DNA of 64,000 nt from a virus. Its lineage: Duplodnaviria > Heunggongvirae > Uroviricota > Caudoviricetes. This document shows, one piece after another, positions 17,975 through 27,498 of this stretch; within the stretch, counting starts at the first letter, position 1; every line of letters begins with the position of its first letter. Where the stretch lies: positions 1-64,000 of the IMG/VR virus record IMGVR_UViG_3300033049_000033. One strand, given 5' to 3'. Made by a program: the position numbers and the translations under genes. The notes beneath the pieces are model-generated. The model did not search any database, was not told where the DNA came from, and saw only the letters and a program-made list of their open reading frames with translations.

Positions 17975-18855
17975 ATAGTAAAGAAGTTAAAAGAATACTT
18001 GATTTTGACGCGCTGCAAGCTGCCGAAAAAGTAACAGGTAAATCATATAAAGAGGATAAGGCAACTGAAGCTTTGGGTTTTTTAGGTCATATTGAAAGTT
18101 CAAAAAGGAAAACTGAATTACTAAAATCACTTGGGGATAGTACATTTTCCAATACTGAAGAAGATTACTTAAATATCGTTTCATCTATTGGCTTTGAATC
18201 AGTTTTAATCGAACCTTTTAAAAATAAAGACGGGATAGAAGAGAGACTTCATATAATGTGGGATAGAGAATCCTCAATATTGTTAGTTTTTGACACGCAT
18301 ACATATGGTGATGACGGCAGTTGGGCTAAAAGTGGACAAGAGGTTCCACCACCTAACGTAAATGGTGGTAGTATATACTATAATTGGTCACCTAATGTTA
18401 GGCATGAAAGTCATTGCACTAGTTCTGGTAGTTATGTCGGAAACGGTGACGGGAAGGGTACATATACAACATTATTTAATAGTGATTTTACACCTCATAT
18501 TTTACCAGATGAGTTGAGGATAATTGAACCTATTTTGGATTGGAATCGTTATGACGAATATCAAGAAGCGTTTAATAATTGGTGTGACAAAGTGGACATA
18601 TATATCGAATCAAACCAATTAACATCGATATGGAGTGGTGACCATGATTGTAGAGAAGCTATAAAATTTAGAATAAGTGAGCTTAAAAAGAACGGCACAT
18701 TTGTTAAAAAATGGATTAAGCCACCGTTTTTATGGTTACTCCACTATATGGATAGTAAGACTGAAGGATATGACCATGAAAAAATAACAATGGAAAGGGT
18801 TAATAAACTCCCTAAAGATATTATTGAAGCAATGAATGTGATAAACTTAAAGTAA
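17971..18855 (+). CDS. hypothetical protein
   Basis: 294 aa; ATGA-coupled; no motif. Confidence 0.5.
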   Translation: MNSKEVKRILDFDALQAAEKVTGKSYKEDKATEALGFLGHIESSKRKTELLKSLGDSTFSNTEEDYLNIVSSIGFESVLIEPFKNKDGIEERLHIMWDRESSILLVFDTHTYGDDGSWAKSGQEVPPPNVNGGSIYYNWSPNVRHESHCTSSGSYVGNGDGKGTYTTLFNSDFTPHILPDELRIIEPILDWNRYDEYQEAFNNWCDKVDIYIESNQLTSIWSGDHDCREAIKFRISELKKNGTFVKKWIKPPFLWLLHYMDSKTEGYDHEKITMERVNKLPKDIIEAMNVINLK

Positions 18856-18856
18856 T

Positions 18857-19135
18857 ATGAACACAGACAACACACCAATTAAAGACCCAAAAACATTTAT
18901 CCAATGTGAATGTTTTTCAGAGGGGTTATTATGTACCAATGCTAAAGATGAAAAACAAATTTATTTGGCCATGTTTAGCTACGGTATCGGATATAAACCA
19001 AAACGTTCTATATGGGAACGATTGAGCTATGCTTGGCATCACATTAGAACTGGAGATGTGTGGGATGATGAACTAATCATGGATTATAGCCAAGCTAAGG
19101 AATTAGCTATATGGTTAGAAACCAATACAATATAA
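18857..19135 (+). CDS. hypothetical protein
   Basis: 92 aa ORF. Confidence 0.4.
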   Translation: MNTDNTPIKDPKTFIQCECFSEGLLCTNAKDEKQIYLAMFSYGIGYKPKRSIWERLSYAWHHIRTGDVWDDELIMDYSQAKELAIWLETNTI

Positions 19136-19136
19136 A

Positions 19137-19352
19137 ATGAAACAATTAGACCCTAAAACCGAATACGATAAATTACCAATTGTTATTACCTCACCATTTA
19201 CTGGAAAGGAGTTGACTAAAAGTGAGTTATTATCATACGCAGATGAACCACCAACAATATCTTATGGTAGTGATTATGGTGGACAACTTATTAGCTATTC
19301 TGACGAGGATGAAACGGAAGCTTTATATGTAGTATTAAAATTGTGGGAATAG
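19137..19352 (+). CDS. hypothetical protein
   Basis: 71 aa ORF. Confidence 0.4.
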   Translation: MKQLDPKTEYDKLPIVITSPFTGKELTKSELLSYADEPPTISYGSDYGGQLISYSDEDETEALYVVLKLWE

Positions 19353-19918
19353 TGATGAAACAATTTAAGGCCATTAACAATATTGGACATAGTGCTATGA
19401 ACGACTTTACATATTTCTTTAAACGTAAGTTTTGGCAAATAAGGAATGTTCTTAAATGGTTGCCAATAATTTGGAACCAATTTGATTTTGATTATACCTA
19501 TTCAATCGAGGTTTTCAAATTTCAATTATTGAAACAGGCCGAATTGATGGAAAATAACGGTATGCTGATGAACAGTGAATACCAAGCCAAGCGGATTAGA
19601 ACCATTATTAAGTTAATGGATAGAGTATATGATGAGTATTATGGTATGGAGTATTTTGATACTGTCACAAAACTATATGGTGAGTTCGAATACGTGTTTG
19701 AACCAATAGGTGAGACCATGTATAATCCCATCACTAAGGAAGAAGAGGAACTAAGTGAAATGAAAAAGGTTTGGGTTAATGAATATACGGAAAACGAATT
19801 GAAGCGTATAGACCTTCATATTGGAGAATTAATATCACACGCTCAGGAAAAGCAAAAGAAGGCTCATAGAGTGCTTTGGTTATTAATAGAACATAACATT
19901 CAAGGTTTTTGGGATTAG
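19343..19918 (+). CDS. hypothetical protein
   Basis: 191 aa ORF. Confidence 0.45.
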   Translation: MGIVMKQFKAINNIGHSAMNDFTYFFKRKFWQIRNVLKWLPIIWNQFDFDYTYSIEVFKFQLLKQAELMENNGMLMNSEYQAKRIRTIIKLMDRVYDEYYGMEYFDTVTKLYGEFEYVFEPIGETMYNPITKEEEELSEMKKVWVNEYTENELKRIDLHIGELISHAQEKQKKAHRVLWLLIEHNIQGFWD

Positions 19919-19937
19919 ATAATTTTAATTAAGTACA

Positions 19938-20315
19938 ATGAGCGAGACAGTACATTATAGAGGGTCAATTGAAGAGGTTTATCCACCAGAGGGAGTAACG
20001 ATGAAACAACACCTAACAGATTTGATAGTCGCTATTGGTATACCATACGACCCTATTAGTATAGGATGTGGTTACACCGATGAAGATGGATTTATAGAGA
20101 TATATGCTTATGAAGAGTATTACTATCATAGAAAAACTAAGACGTTATATCAGTACGTGGAGAAGAAGGAGTTAGATGCTGAAGGTGATATTATTGAAGC
20201 ATTTGAAAATGAAGATAATACTATTGGATTTGAACTTAGATTTTACAACGGTGGGGCTGGATTAGAGGAATGTCTTGACGAAGCCATTGATAAATTAAAT
20301 AAACAAAGACAATGA
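19938..20315 (+). CDS. hypothetical protein
   Basis: 125 aa acidic ORF. Confidence 0.45.
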   Translation: MSETVHYRGSIEEVYPPEGVTMKQHLTDLIVAIGIPYDPISIGCGYTDEDGFIEIYAYEEYYYHRKTKTLYQYVEKKELDAEGDIIEAFENEDNTIGFELRFYNGGAGLEECLDEAIDKLNKQRQ

Positions 20316-20530
20316 AAGCGAGTAAAATAAAAAAGAAGATTTTATTAGATATACGCATATTTGTGATTAATATACCATTACTAATATTTGGATGGTTTTC
20401 TTCTCAATATGTGTCTGAACCATTATTTGACGTGCCAGATGTTATTCACATATTATCTATGCTATTTTCTACACTAATCTCAATATATCTAATACTTAGT
20501 TGGCTATTTTATGATAAATTGTATAACTAA
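20312..20530 (+). CDS. small membrane protein
   Basis: 72 aa; 2 predicted TM helices. Confidence 0.4.
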   Translation: MKASKIKKKILLDIRIFVINIPLLIFGWFSSQYVSEPLFDVPDVIHILSMLFSTLISIYLILSWLFYDKLYN

Positions 20531-20638
20531 GGACTGGTTATTGTCAAATTAAATCGGTATCTTTGCCGTATATGGGTACTTTAACCGCGCAGTATCTCAT
20601 TATATAATAGCGGATTTTTATTAACTAACAAAAAACAA

Positions 20639-22117
20639 ATGCTAACAAGTTTATTATTATTTGGGACGCCAGCCGTATTCCTTTTTGGAATATTTCTATA
20701 TGTTCTAACACTAAGAAGGGTTGTACCCACCAATGCTGTACATATCGTACAAAGAGGTAAACAAACAGTATCCTACGGTGTAGGTCAAGACAGTGGAAAT
20801 GTCTATTACGAATTTCCAGTATGGTTACCCGTAATCGGAGTAGCGAAAAGGTCATTGCCAGTGTCCAACTTTGATATTTCGTTGCAAGCCTATTCTGCTT
20901 ATGATTTAGACAGAGTACCATTCCTAGTGGATGTGATGGCGTTCTTTCACATTGCCAATCCTAATAAGGCGGCAGAAAAAGTCGAAAGTTTCGGAGAATT
21001 GCAAGGACAATTGACAGACGTTGTGAGAGGTGCCGTAAGGTCTATTCTTGCCAAGTCCAATCTTGAGGATATTATGGAGGAAAGAGCAACATTTGGTAAA
21101 CAATTTACTGATGCCGTAAAAGACGACCTTGAAAGTTGGGGTGTTGAAAGTGTAAAGAGTATTGAACTTATGGACGTTCGTGATGAAGACGGTAGTTTAG
21201 TAATCCACAACATCATGGCTAAGAGAAAGTCTGCTATTGAGAAAGAAAGTAGAGAAGAAGTAGCTCAGAACAATCAATTGGCTGAACAAGCTGAACTTGA
21301 ATCCAGACAAAAGGTAGCAGTAACCAAAGCAGATACTGAGAAAATTGCAGGTGAAGCATTGGCACAATCTAACCAAGCAATTGGTATCGCTAAAGCGGAA
21401 TCATATAGACAGTCTGGTATTGCAGACCAAGAAGCTTTGTCTGACATTGCTAAAGCAGCAAGGTCTACAGCCGAACAAGAAATGGAGGTTGTTAAAGTAA
21501 ATGAGATTAAGCAAGCTGAAATCGATAAGGAGCGAGTGATTATCTTCGCAGACCAAGAGAAGCGTAAGAAAGAGATTGCAGCCGATGCAGACAAGTATAA
21601 CGTAGAGGTTGAAGCACAAGCGAAGCTTGAAGCGGCTAAAAGAAGTGCGGAAGGTATTAAGGAAGTTGGTATTGCTGAAGCCGATGTAGTTCTTGCAAAT
21701 GGTACATCTGTTGCGGAAAGTAAGAAATTGCTTGAACTTGCACGAGTTATTGCAGAGATTACTTTGGCCAAGGATATTGGTGAGAACCAAGAGTATCAAG
21801 ATTATTTGATTCGTCAAGCCGAAGTAGAAGTAAGTAAGGTAGTTGGTATCGCCCAACAAGAAGCTCTAGGAAAAGCATTGGAAAGTGCAGACCTACAGAT
21901 GCTTGTGAATAGCGGAGATGTGAACACAGGAATCAGTGGATTCGCTGACCTATTGTCTTCTAAAGGTGGTAGCCAAGTGAATGGCTTCCTTGAGGCTTTG
22001 AAGCAAACTGAGGAAGGTAAGAAAGTTCTTGCACTTCTAGGTGGATTAGGTGGTGGTACTACAGGAGTACCAACGAAAGTTGCAAACGGAGTGCCAAAGG
22101 CATCAAAAGTTGACTAA
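20639..22117 (+). CDS. SPFH/band-7 (flotillin-like, YqiK-type) membrane protein
   Basis: 492 aa; N-terminal TM; SPFH core (VHIVQRGKQTV...FLVDVMAFFHIANPNKAAEKVESFGELQ); long Ala/Glu/Lys-rich coiled-coil tail. Confidence 0.75.
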   Translation: MLTSLLLFGTPAVFLFGIFLYVLTLRRVVPTNAVHIVQRGKQTVSYGVGQDSGNVYYEFPVWLPVIGVAKRSLPVSNFDISLQAYSAYDLDRVPFLVDVMAFFHIANPNKAAEKVESFGELQGQLTDVVRGAVRSILAKSNLEDIMEERATFGKQFTDAVKDDLESWGVESVKSIELMDVRDEDGSLVIHNIMAKRKSAIEKESREEVAQNNQLAEQAELESRQKVAVTKADTEKIAGEALAQSNQAIGIAKAESYRQSGIADQEALSDIAKAARSTAEQEMEVVKVNEIKQAEIDKERVIIFADQEKRKKEIAADADKYNVEVEAQAKLEAAKRSAEGIKEVGIAEADVVLANGTSVAESKKLLELARVIAEITLAKDIGENQEYQDYLIRQAEVEVSKVVGIAQQEALGKALESADLQMLVNSGDVNTGISGFADLLSSKGGSQVNGFLEALKQTEEGKKVLALLGGLGGGTTGVPTKVANGVPKASKVD

Positions 22118-22135
22118 GTAGTCATTAGGTATGAT

Positions 22136-22172
22136 AAAAAGTGGATGATTCGTTTGAGTCATCCACTTTTTT
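22136..22172 (+). terminator. rho-independent terminator after the SPFH gene
   Basis: GTGGATGA-10 nt loop-TCATCCAC then TTTTTT; preceded by AAAAA. Confidence 0.7.
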
Positions 22173-22216
22173 GATTAAAATTTGTTAGTCTGGATTATTT
22201 TACCTATCTTTGTATT

Positions 22217-22507
22217 ATGAAACATATACTAATAACTGAGAATACTAAGTGGACAACATATGAAGGTGTTAGTCGACCATTTAAAGAGTGTGAAGATACA
22301 CACTTAGTTAATATTGTCAACCATGTTAACATGGTTGACAATCCAAGTAAGGTTATGATAAGTAAAGTCTGCATGAAAATTCTTATAGATAGAGGCATTA
22401 GTCTGGATATGTTAGATTATGCTCAGATACCACATAAAGATTCCAACGGAGATTGGGCTGTTTGGAGTTATGAAACTTCCCAACCTAAAGTATTACAGTC
22501 GAATTAA
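22217..22507 (+). CDS. hypothetical protein
   Basis: 96 aa ORF. Confidence 0.4.
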   Translation: MKHILITENTKWTTYEGVSRPFKECEDTHLVNIVNHVNMVDNPSKVMISKVCMKILIDRGISLDMLDYAQIPHKDSNGDWAVWSYETSQPKVLQSN

Positions 22508-22543
22508 ATCTGCATAAGTCGAATTAAATCTGCATAAGTCGAA
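22504..22543. repeat. 2 x 20 bp tandem duplication of a promoter -33 region (TTAAATCTGCATAAGTCGAA)
   Basis: direct repeat read in sequence; followed by TATCTTTG at 22553-22560. Confidence 0.6.
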
Positions 22544-22564
22544 TTAATTTAGTATCTTTGTATT

Positions 22565-22966
22565 ATGAATAACCCAAGAAACTTTTTAATCTATATTAGT
22601 ATCTTCATCTTCGCACTAAGCGGAATGGGTTTTATGAAAATTATTCCAGAGGAAGTGTCTGAGTCTTTCGTTGTATTAAAGAAGTACGGCAAACAAGAGT
22701 CTTATAAGCGTAGGGTACACACTGACTTTATTCTTGTTATGAAAAATGAGTGTGATGATGTTGTGAGTTTAAAAGTAACACCTACAGCATTCTATAAGGC
22801 GGCTAAGGATAAGATAATGTATTTTTCATTAACTAAAGATGACGTACTATGCTATAATTATCCTTGGTATATAAACAATCCTTGGTTAAGTGTGTCACTA
22901 CTAACGTTAGTGGTAATATCTGGATTCGCAATAATGGTAACCATAGTATTTAGATTTACAGAATAA
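22565..22966 (+). CDS. hypothetical membrane protein
   Basis: 133 aa; TM helices at both ends. Confidence 0.45.
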   Translation: MNNPRNFLIYISIFIFALSGMGFMKIIPEEVSESFVVLKKYGKQESYKRRVHTDFILVMKNECDDVVSLKVTPTAFYKAAKDKIMYFSLTKDDVLCYNYPWYINNPWLSVSLLTLVVISGFAIMVTIVFRFTE

Positions 22967-22971
22967 GAATC

Positions 22972-23526
22972 ATGAAATATAATTTTGAAGTGATACCAGA
23001 CCAGCAGACACCCAACACTCCTCAGATAGAGGATGTCAAGATGTTTATTGAGGAACATTCTGAAGTAATCTCTAGATTTAAGCGTAACGCTGAGTTAACA
23101 CCTAACGCTATCGGTCTAGCCGCTAATCAATGTAACCTTAATGGGGAGCGACTCAATCTGCGTATGGCAGCGATTAAGACCGTTAAGGGTCATGAGACAC
23201 GTATCGCAATAGACCCGAAGATTACGAAAGCATATGGTATGCTTAGGACGAAGATTGAGGGGTGTCTCACATGGGTAGGTAGGAGCATTGTAGCAGATAG
23301 ATACTTTTTCGTGGATGTTGAGTTCTATACTCCTGACGGAGAGTTCCACCAAGAGACACATAAAGGGTTCCAAGCGCAAGTATGGCAACACGAAATCAAT
23401 CACCTTAATGGTGTTGAAGAAGATGTCGAAACATTTTTCGTTGACGTACCAGTAGTTAAGGTTCAGAGAAATGACCCGTGTCCATGTGATAGTGGAAAGA
23501 AATTTAAGCGTTGCTGTATAGAATGA
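22972..23526 (+). CDS. def: peptide deformylase with C-terminal SEC-C zinc motif
   Basis: motif 1 AIGLAANQ, motif 2 EGCLTWVG, motif 3 QHEINHLNG; C-terminal CPCDSGKKFKRCC (SecA-C-terminus-like). Confidence 0.85.
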   Translation: MKYNFEVIPDQQTPNTPQIEDVKMFIEEHSEVISRFKRNAELTPNAIGLAANQCNLNGERLNLRMAAIKTVKGHETRIAIDPKITKAYGMLRTKIEGCLTWVGRSIVADRYFFVDVEFYTPDGEFHQETHKGFQAQVWQHEINHLNGVEEDVETFFVDVPVVKVQRNDPCPCDSGKKFKRCCIE

Positions 23527-23546
23527 AAAATAAATAGAATAATATC

Positions 23547-23753
23547 ATGGCACTACTAAAAGAAAATGTAAGGCTAAATAAGGCTACAGCTCTAATTGAA
23601 TCATTAGATGATAATGAAGAAAATAATTTGATTAGGTATTACATCAGTAATCAAAATTCATGCATACAAGAGAAGGATGATAAATTACGAGAGTATGACG
23701 AATTTTTCCGTAAATTAAGTCAATTTTTACCTAATAATCATAACATATTCTAA
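23547..23753 (+). CDS. hypothetical protein
   Basis: 68 aa ORF. Confidence 0.4.
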   Translation: MALLKENVRLNKATALIESLDDNEENNLIRYYISNQNSCIQEKDDKLREYDEFFRKLSQFLPNNHNIF

Positions 23754-23908
23754 TGAGTGAAAATAAAATAGAGCCAAGTAATCGATTGACATTCCCATTT
23801 ATGGTAGTGGTAACAGTAGCTTTAATGTATATCCTTGCGTTTCATAATATGAGAGACAAGTATCGTGAGTGTAAAGAAGGGGTTAAAGTAGAAATAATTA
23901 CAGAATAA
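23753..23908 (+). CDS. small membrane protein (51 aa)
   Basis: TAATG overlap with the previous stop; MSENKIEPSNRLTFPFMVVVTVALMYILAFHN... Confidence 0.3.
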   Translation: MSENKIEPSNRLTFPFMVVVTVALMYILAFHNMRDKYRECKEGVKVEIITE

Positions 23909-23945
23909 TTTGCATATGTCAAATATTTTACCTATCTTTGTTGTT
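23909..23945 (+). promoter_or_regulatory. family-A promoter TTTGCATATGTCAAATATTTTACCTATCTTTG
   Basis: TTTG 23909-23912; TATCTTTG 23933-23940. Confidence 0.6.
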
Positions 23946-23973
23946 CATTAATAATAACCAAAAATCATAAAAA

Positions 23974-24510
23974 ATGAATAAATTCGTAATAGTAGTAATT
24001 GTTGCAATTCTTGGATTAGGCGTAACTGCCGCTATTATTGGCATTCCAGCAAGCAATAAAGAGATTGAGCTTCGCTCTACAATTGGAAAGCAAGAACAAG
24101 TTCGTGAAGGATTTTACGACAAAATGTGGAAAGTAATTGCTCAAAAGGCAGAAATCTCCAACAAGTATAAAGAGGATTTTCAGGAAATATACCCAGAACT
24201 TATCGCTGGTCGATATGGTGATGAGAAAGGTGGCTCTCTTATGAAATGGATTCAAGAATCTAACCCTGAGTTTGACACGTCACTATATCTAAGCTTAATG
24301 AATTCAGTTGAATCAGAACGTACATCATACTTGATGGAAGAGAAGAAGCTATTAGATTTGGCCAACTCGCACAAGATTCTAAGATTGACATTCCCGACAA
24401 ATCTATTTTTATCAGGTAGAGCAGAAATAAACATTAAAGTCGTTAGTTCCGATAAAACCAAGGAAATCCTTGAGACTGGGATTGATAACGATGTGAAGCT
24501 ATTCAACTAA
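23974..24510 (+). CDS. LemA-like membrane-anchored protein
   Basis: 178 aa; N-terminal TM; helical body; C-terminal LRLTFPTNLFLSG resembling the LemA FPNNLVAG motif. Confidence 0.45.
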   Translation: MNKFVIVVIVAILGLGVTAAIIGIPASNKEIELRSTIGKQEQVREGFYDKMWKVIAQKAEISNKYKEDFQEIYPELIAGRYGDEKGGSLMKWIQESNPEFDTSLYLSLMNSVESERTSYLMEEKKLLDLANSHKILRLTFPTNLFLSGRAEINIKVVSSDKTKEILETGIDNDVKLFN

Positions 24511-24521
24511 GATAGCGACAG

Positions 24522-25226
24522 ATGTTAATTTGGGGGGCAATTCTTATACCTATATGTACAGCGTTCATTCTGCTATATTTCTTTAAGCATGATACGACTT
24601 GGTGGGAATTTTTTATACCACTACTCGTTTCGCTTCTATTGATTGGTGGTTCAAAAGCCATTATCGAACATTCGCAAGTGACCACTACTGAATATTGGGG
24701 TAGTCTTGTTGATAAAGTAGAGTATTACGAAGCTTGGAACGAATATATTCATCGTACATGTACCCGTACTGTTAGTTGTGGTAAGGATTGTACAACTACC
24801 CAAACATATGATTGCTCATATGTCCAATATCATTCAGCATATTGGGTAATTAGAACTACTACTAATGAAACGGTACGTATCACTCAGAGCCAGTATAAGG
24901 GCTTTGTAAAGAAATTCGGTAACCAAAAGTTTGTCAACCTACATAGAAATTACCATACTGATGATGGTGACAAGTATTATAGTGCATGGCCTAAAGATAA
25001 GTTGAGGGCAACGCCTGTCACCACTGAGCACACCTACGAGAATAGGGTTAAAGCGTCTGACCTTACCCTATTCGACTTGGGTAAAGTAAGTGAGGAAGAA
25101 GTTGGACAATACGGACTTAAAGGCTATCCTAAGATTACGGATAACTATAAGATGAAGGCTATCTTAGGTGACAATAGTGAAGATGCTAAGATTGCAGATA
25201 AAAAAATTCCAATACCTCAACGGTAA
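24522..25226 (+). CDS. membrane protein, N-terminal part (frame 0) of a gene interrupted at an A7 tract
   Basis: 234 aa; 2 N-terminal TM helices; ends 8 codons after the A7 run at 25200-25206. Confidence 0.5.
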   Translation: MLIWGAILIPICTAFILLYFFKHDTTWWEFFIPLLVSLLLIGGSKAIIEHSQVTTTEYWGSLVDKVEYYEAWNEYIHRTCTRTVSCGKDCTTTQTYDCSYVQYHSAYWVIRTTTNETVRITQSQYKGFVKKFGNQKFVNLHRNYHTDDGDKYYSAWPKDKLRATPVTTEHTYENRVKASDLTLFDLGKVSEEEVGQYGLKGYPKITDNYKMKAILGDNSEDAKIADKKIPIPQR

Positions 25227-25674
25227 GTTGGGACATAAAAAGGAGGTTAAACTATTTGTAATTGTACTTAGGAACCAACCTAGAGAAGCTGGACATTACC
25301 AAGAATGGTTATGGACAGGAGCTAATATGAACGAATTCGTTATCTGTATTGGAGTTGATGATAAACGAAACGTCCAATGGTGCCACCCATTTTCGTGGAC
25401 TAGAAATGAACTACTTAAGGTGGAAACCAGAGAGTTTGTTCAAGCACAGAAGGTTCTGAACTTAAGTGCGTTAGCTGACTTCACCGAGACTAAGATTGAT
25501 GTAGGGTTTGTGAGAAGAGACTTCAAAGAGTTTAGCTATCTAACAGTAGAGCCACCAATGTGGTCAATATTGTTAACCTATTTCCTTACGTTGTTAGTCA
25601 ATATCGGACTTAGCTTCTGGTTAGTGAATAACGAATTCAATGATAACTTAAGAGGGCGAAAACGATGGAATTAA
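25168..25674 (+). CDS. membrane protein, C-terminal part (+1 frame) continuing after the A7 tract
   Basis: 168 aa ORF overlapping the previous one by 59 nt; C-terminal TM helices; probably a single gene with a +1 slippage site or a 1-nt homopolymer error. Confidence 0.45.
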   Translation: MTIVKMLRLQIKKFQYLNGKLGHKKEVKLFVIVLRNQPREAGHYQEWLWTGANMNEFVICIGVDDKRNVQWCHPFSWTRNELLKVETREFVQAQKVLNLSALADFTETKIDVGFVRRDFKEFSYLTVEPPMWSILLTYFLTLLVNIGLSFWLVNNEFNDNLRGRKRWN

Positions 25675-25850
25675 ACGAATACGATAAAGAGTTCTTAATG
25701 GATTATACCCAACCACTTAGTGAGTTAATTGCACTAACTGGAAAAACCAGAGGACAATTGGCCGAGTTTAAAGATTTCGTATATGATAATAATCAAATAT
25801 ATGTATACGAATCAAAATATTACCACTACCACAAATCTAATAAAGGATGA
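25665..25850 (+). CDS. hypothetical protein
   Basis: 61 aa ORF. Confidence 0.35.
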   Translation: MELNEYDKEFLMDYTQPLSELIALTGKTRGQLAEFKDFVYDNNQIYVYESKYYHYHKSNKG

Positions 25851-25883
25851 TAATTGATAGCATAAAGTATACATTTATTACGA

Positions 25884-26162
25884 ATGGAGAATAAAGAAGA
25901 CGAAATGAAATATTGGTTCTGCGTGATAGGACCTGCTAAAAAGAGTGATATTCCAGAGGGTGGCGATTACCCAATACGACAGTCAACCAAAAAAGCATAT
26001 TTCCGCATGTTCCCCGACCAAGAAGAGTATTCTTGCGCTAGTGGATGGGGAATTGACCAAGATATGAAGAACGTTTTCGGTAAGCTTAGAAGTCTTAAAA
26101 GTCTAAACTTAAAGAAGTACGAGAAATTGAAAGAACAAATATTGAACACTTCTTATGAATGA
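25884..26162 (+). CDS. hypothetical protein
   Basis: 92 aa ORF. Confidence 0.4.
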   Translation: MENKEDEMKYWFCVIGPAKKSDIPEGGDYPIRQSTKKAYFRMFPDQEEYSCASGWGIDQDMKNVFGKLRSLKSLNLKKYEKLKEQILNTSYE

Positions 26163-26541
26163 GAAAGCATTAAATAAAGAAGAACGTTTCGTTTGTGAAA
26201 TGGTCTGGGGAGGGGTACCAACAGAGGCTAAGGTTGCTAGAGATAGTAGATTCTTTCAAGATGGTATGACCAGACATCAGAATGGCGAATGGAAAGACCT
26301 CTGGAAACAAGAAACTCACCGAGAATATAACCCAGATAACCTATTGGAATGGTTCAGCACCTATTTCAATCGAGGGTTACCCCAATGTAGTTTTCTATTA
26401 GATTTATGTGATGGTAACTATATGAAACTAAGAGAGTTAGAAGTGCAAATCAAAGATAAATTTGTATTCTATTGTCCAGGCAACAAAGAAGAGGTAGCTA
26501 AAGTAATGGCATTCACTAAAGATTGGAGAAATAATAGATGA
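26155..26541 (+). CDS. hypothetical protein
   Basis: 128 aa ORF. Confidence 0.4.
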   Translation: MNEKALNKEERFVCEMVWGGVPTEAKVARDSRFFQDGMTRHQNGEWKDLWKQETHREYNPDNLLEWFSTYFNRGLPQCSFLLDLCDGNYMKLRELEVQIKDKFVFYCPGNKEEVAKVMAFTKDWRNNR

Positions 26542-26909
26542 AAAATATACTAATAGTATTATTGATGTTACCTATGAGCTTACTAGCACAAGATGTTGCT
26601 GGTAAGTGGGGAGGTGGATGTATGTGGAAGAACATCTACGATGATGGTAAACCCAATAAGTATGCTGATATTTCAATAGTGTTCGAACATAAAGGTGGTA
26701 GTGTTTATACTGGCCATTGTAGAGAAGTGAATATACGTGAAGAGGGTGACACCATAATAATGACTTACGATATCGGTATTTTCATGAATGGTAATGGCGG
26801 TATGATGCCATTGAGTAAGTTAGAAATATTAATTTCTCAAGACACCGACTTAATTCTAAGGTTATTAAATAAAAGTTTTACAAAACTTGTAATTGTCAAC
26901 TATTTTTAG
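26538..26909 (+). CDS. hypothetical secreted protein
   Basis: 123 aa; N-terminal signal peptide MKNILIVLLMLPMSLLAQD. Confidence 0.45.
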   Translation: MKNILIVLLMLPMSLLAQDVAGKWGGGCMWKNIYDDGKPNKYADISIVFEHKGGSVYTGHCREVNIREEGDTIIMTYDIGIFMNGNGGMMPLSKLEILISQDTDLILRLLNKSFTKLVIVNYF

Positions 26910-26949
26910 TATCTTTACATTATAATAGGAATATACGCAGAACAAGCTA

Positions 26950-27255
26950 ATGAGATTATTTTTACTATCTATACTTATATTATTAAGTACTATAATTCAG
27001 GCTCAAAACGTTGGGGTTGCTACAAATGATGGTGATACTCTATTTATAAGAGGTGATATGTATAAGTTAATTGTTCAGTCGTGGGATAATGTCATCAATG
27101 AACCAATACCAACACTTATATGTGTAGAAAATTTAATAGAGAAGCAGAATTATATTATCGAGTGCGAAAAAAAGAGAATTAGAGCAGAAAAGATGGACAG
27201 GTGGTTCGATAGTAAGAGAAGGTATTTTCTATTCTTCACAATACCACTTAATTAA
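26950..27255 (+). CDS. hypothetical secreted protein
   Basis: 101 aa; signal peptide MRLFLLSILILLSTIIQAQN; preceded by a family-A promoter at about 26885-26920. Confidence 0.45.
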   Translation: MRLFLLSILILLSTIIQAQNVGVATNDGDTLFIRGDMYKLIVQSWDNVINEPIPTLICVENLIEKQNYIIECEKKRIRAEKMDRWFDSKRRYFLFFTIPLN

Positions 27256-27267
27256 AAGCAAGTAATT

Positions 27268-27477
27268 ATGACAATAGCAACAGGAATATCAATAGCGTTC
27301 ATGGCGATATTATGTATTGGAGTAGGAATTCCAGTAAAAGCTATATATGATATGGGTAAAGATAATAAGAAAAAATACGGTACTTGGGGTTTACCTAAGT
27401 CAAATGTTAAAAAAAATGGAAAAAAATCAGACAAAGGGTTGTTTTTCTCAAAAATAAGGAGTATCTTTGTATCATAA
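27268..27477 (+). CDS. small membrane protein with Lys-rich tail
   Basis: 69 aa; TM then KKNGKKSDKG. Confidence 0.4.
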   Translation: MTIATGISIAFMAILCIGVGIPVKAIYDMGKDNKKKYGTWGLPKSNVKKNGKKSDKGLFFSKIRSIFVS

Positions 27478-27498
27478 TTAATTAACTGTAAAACAAGA

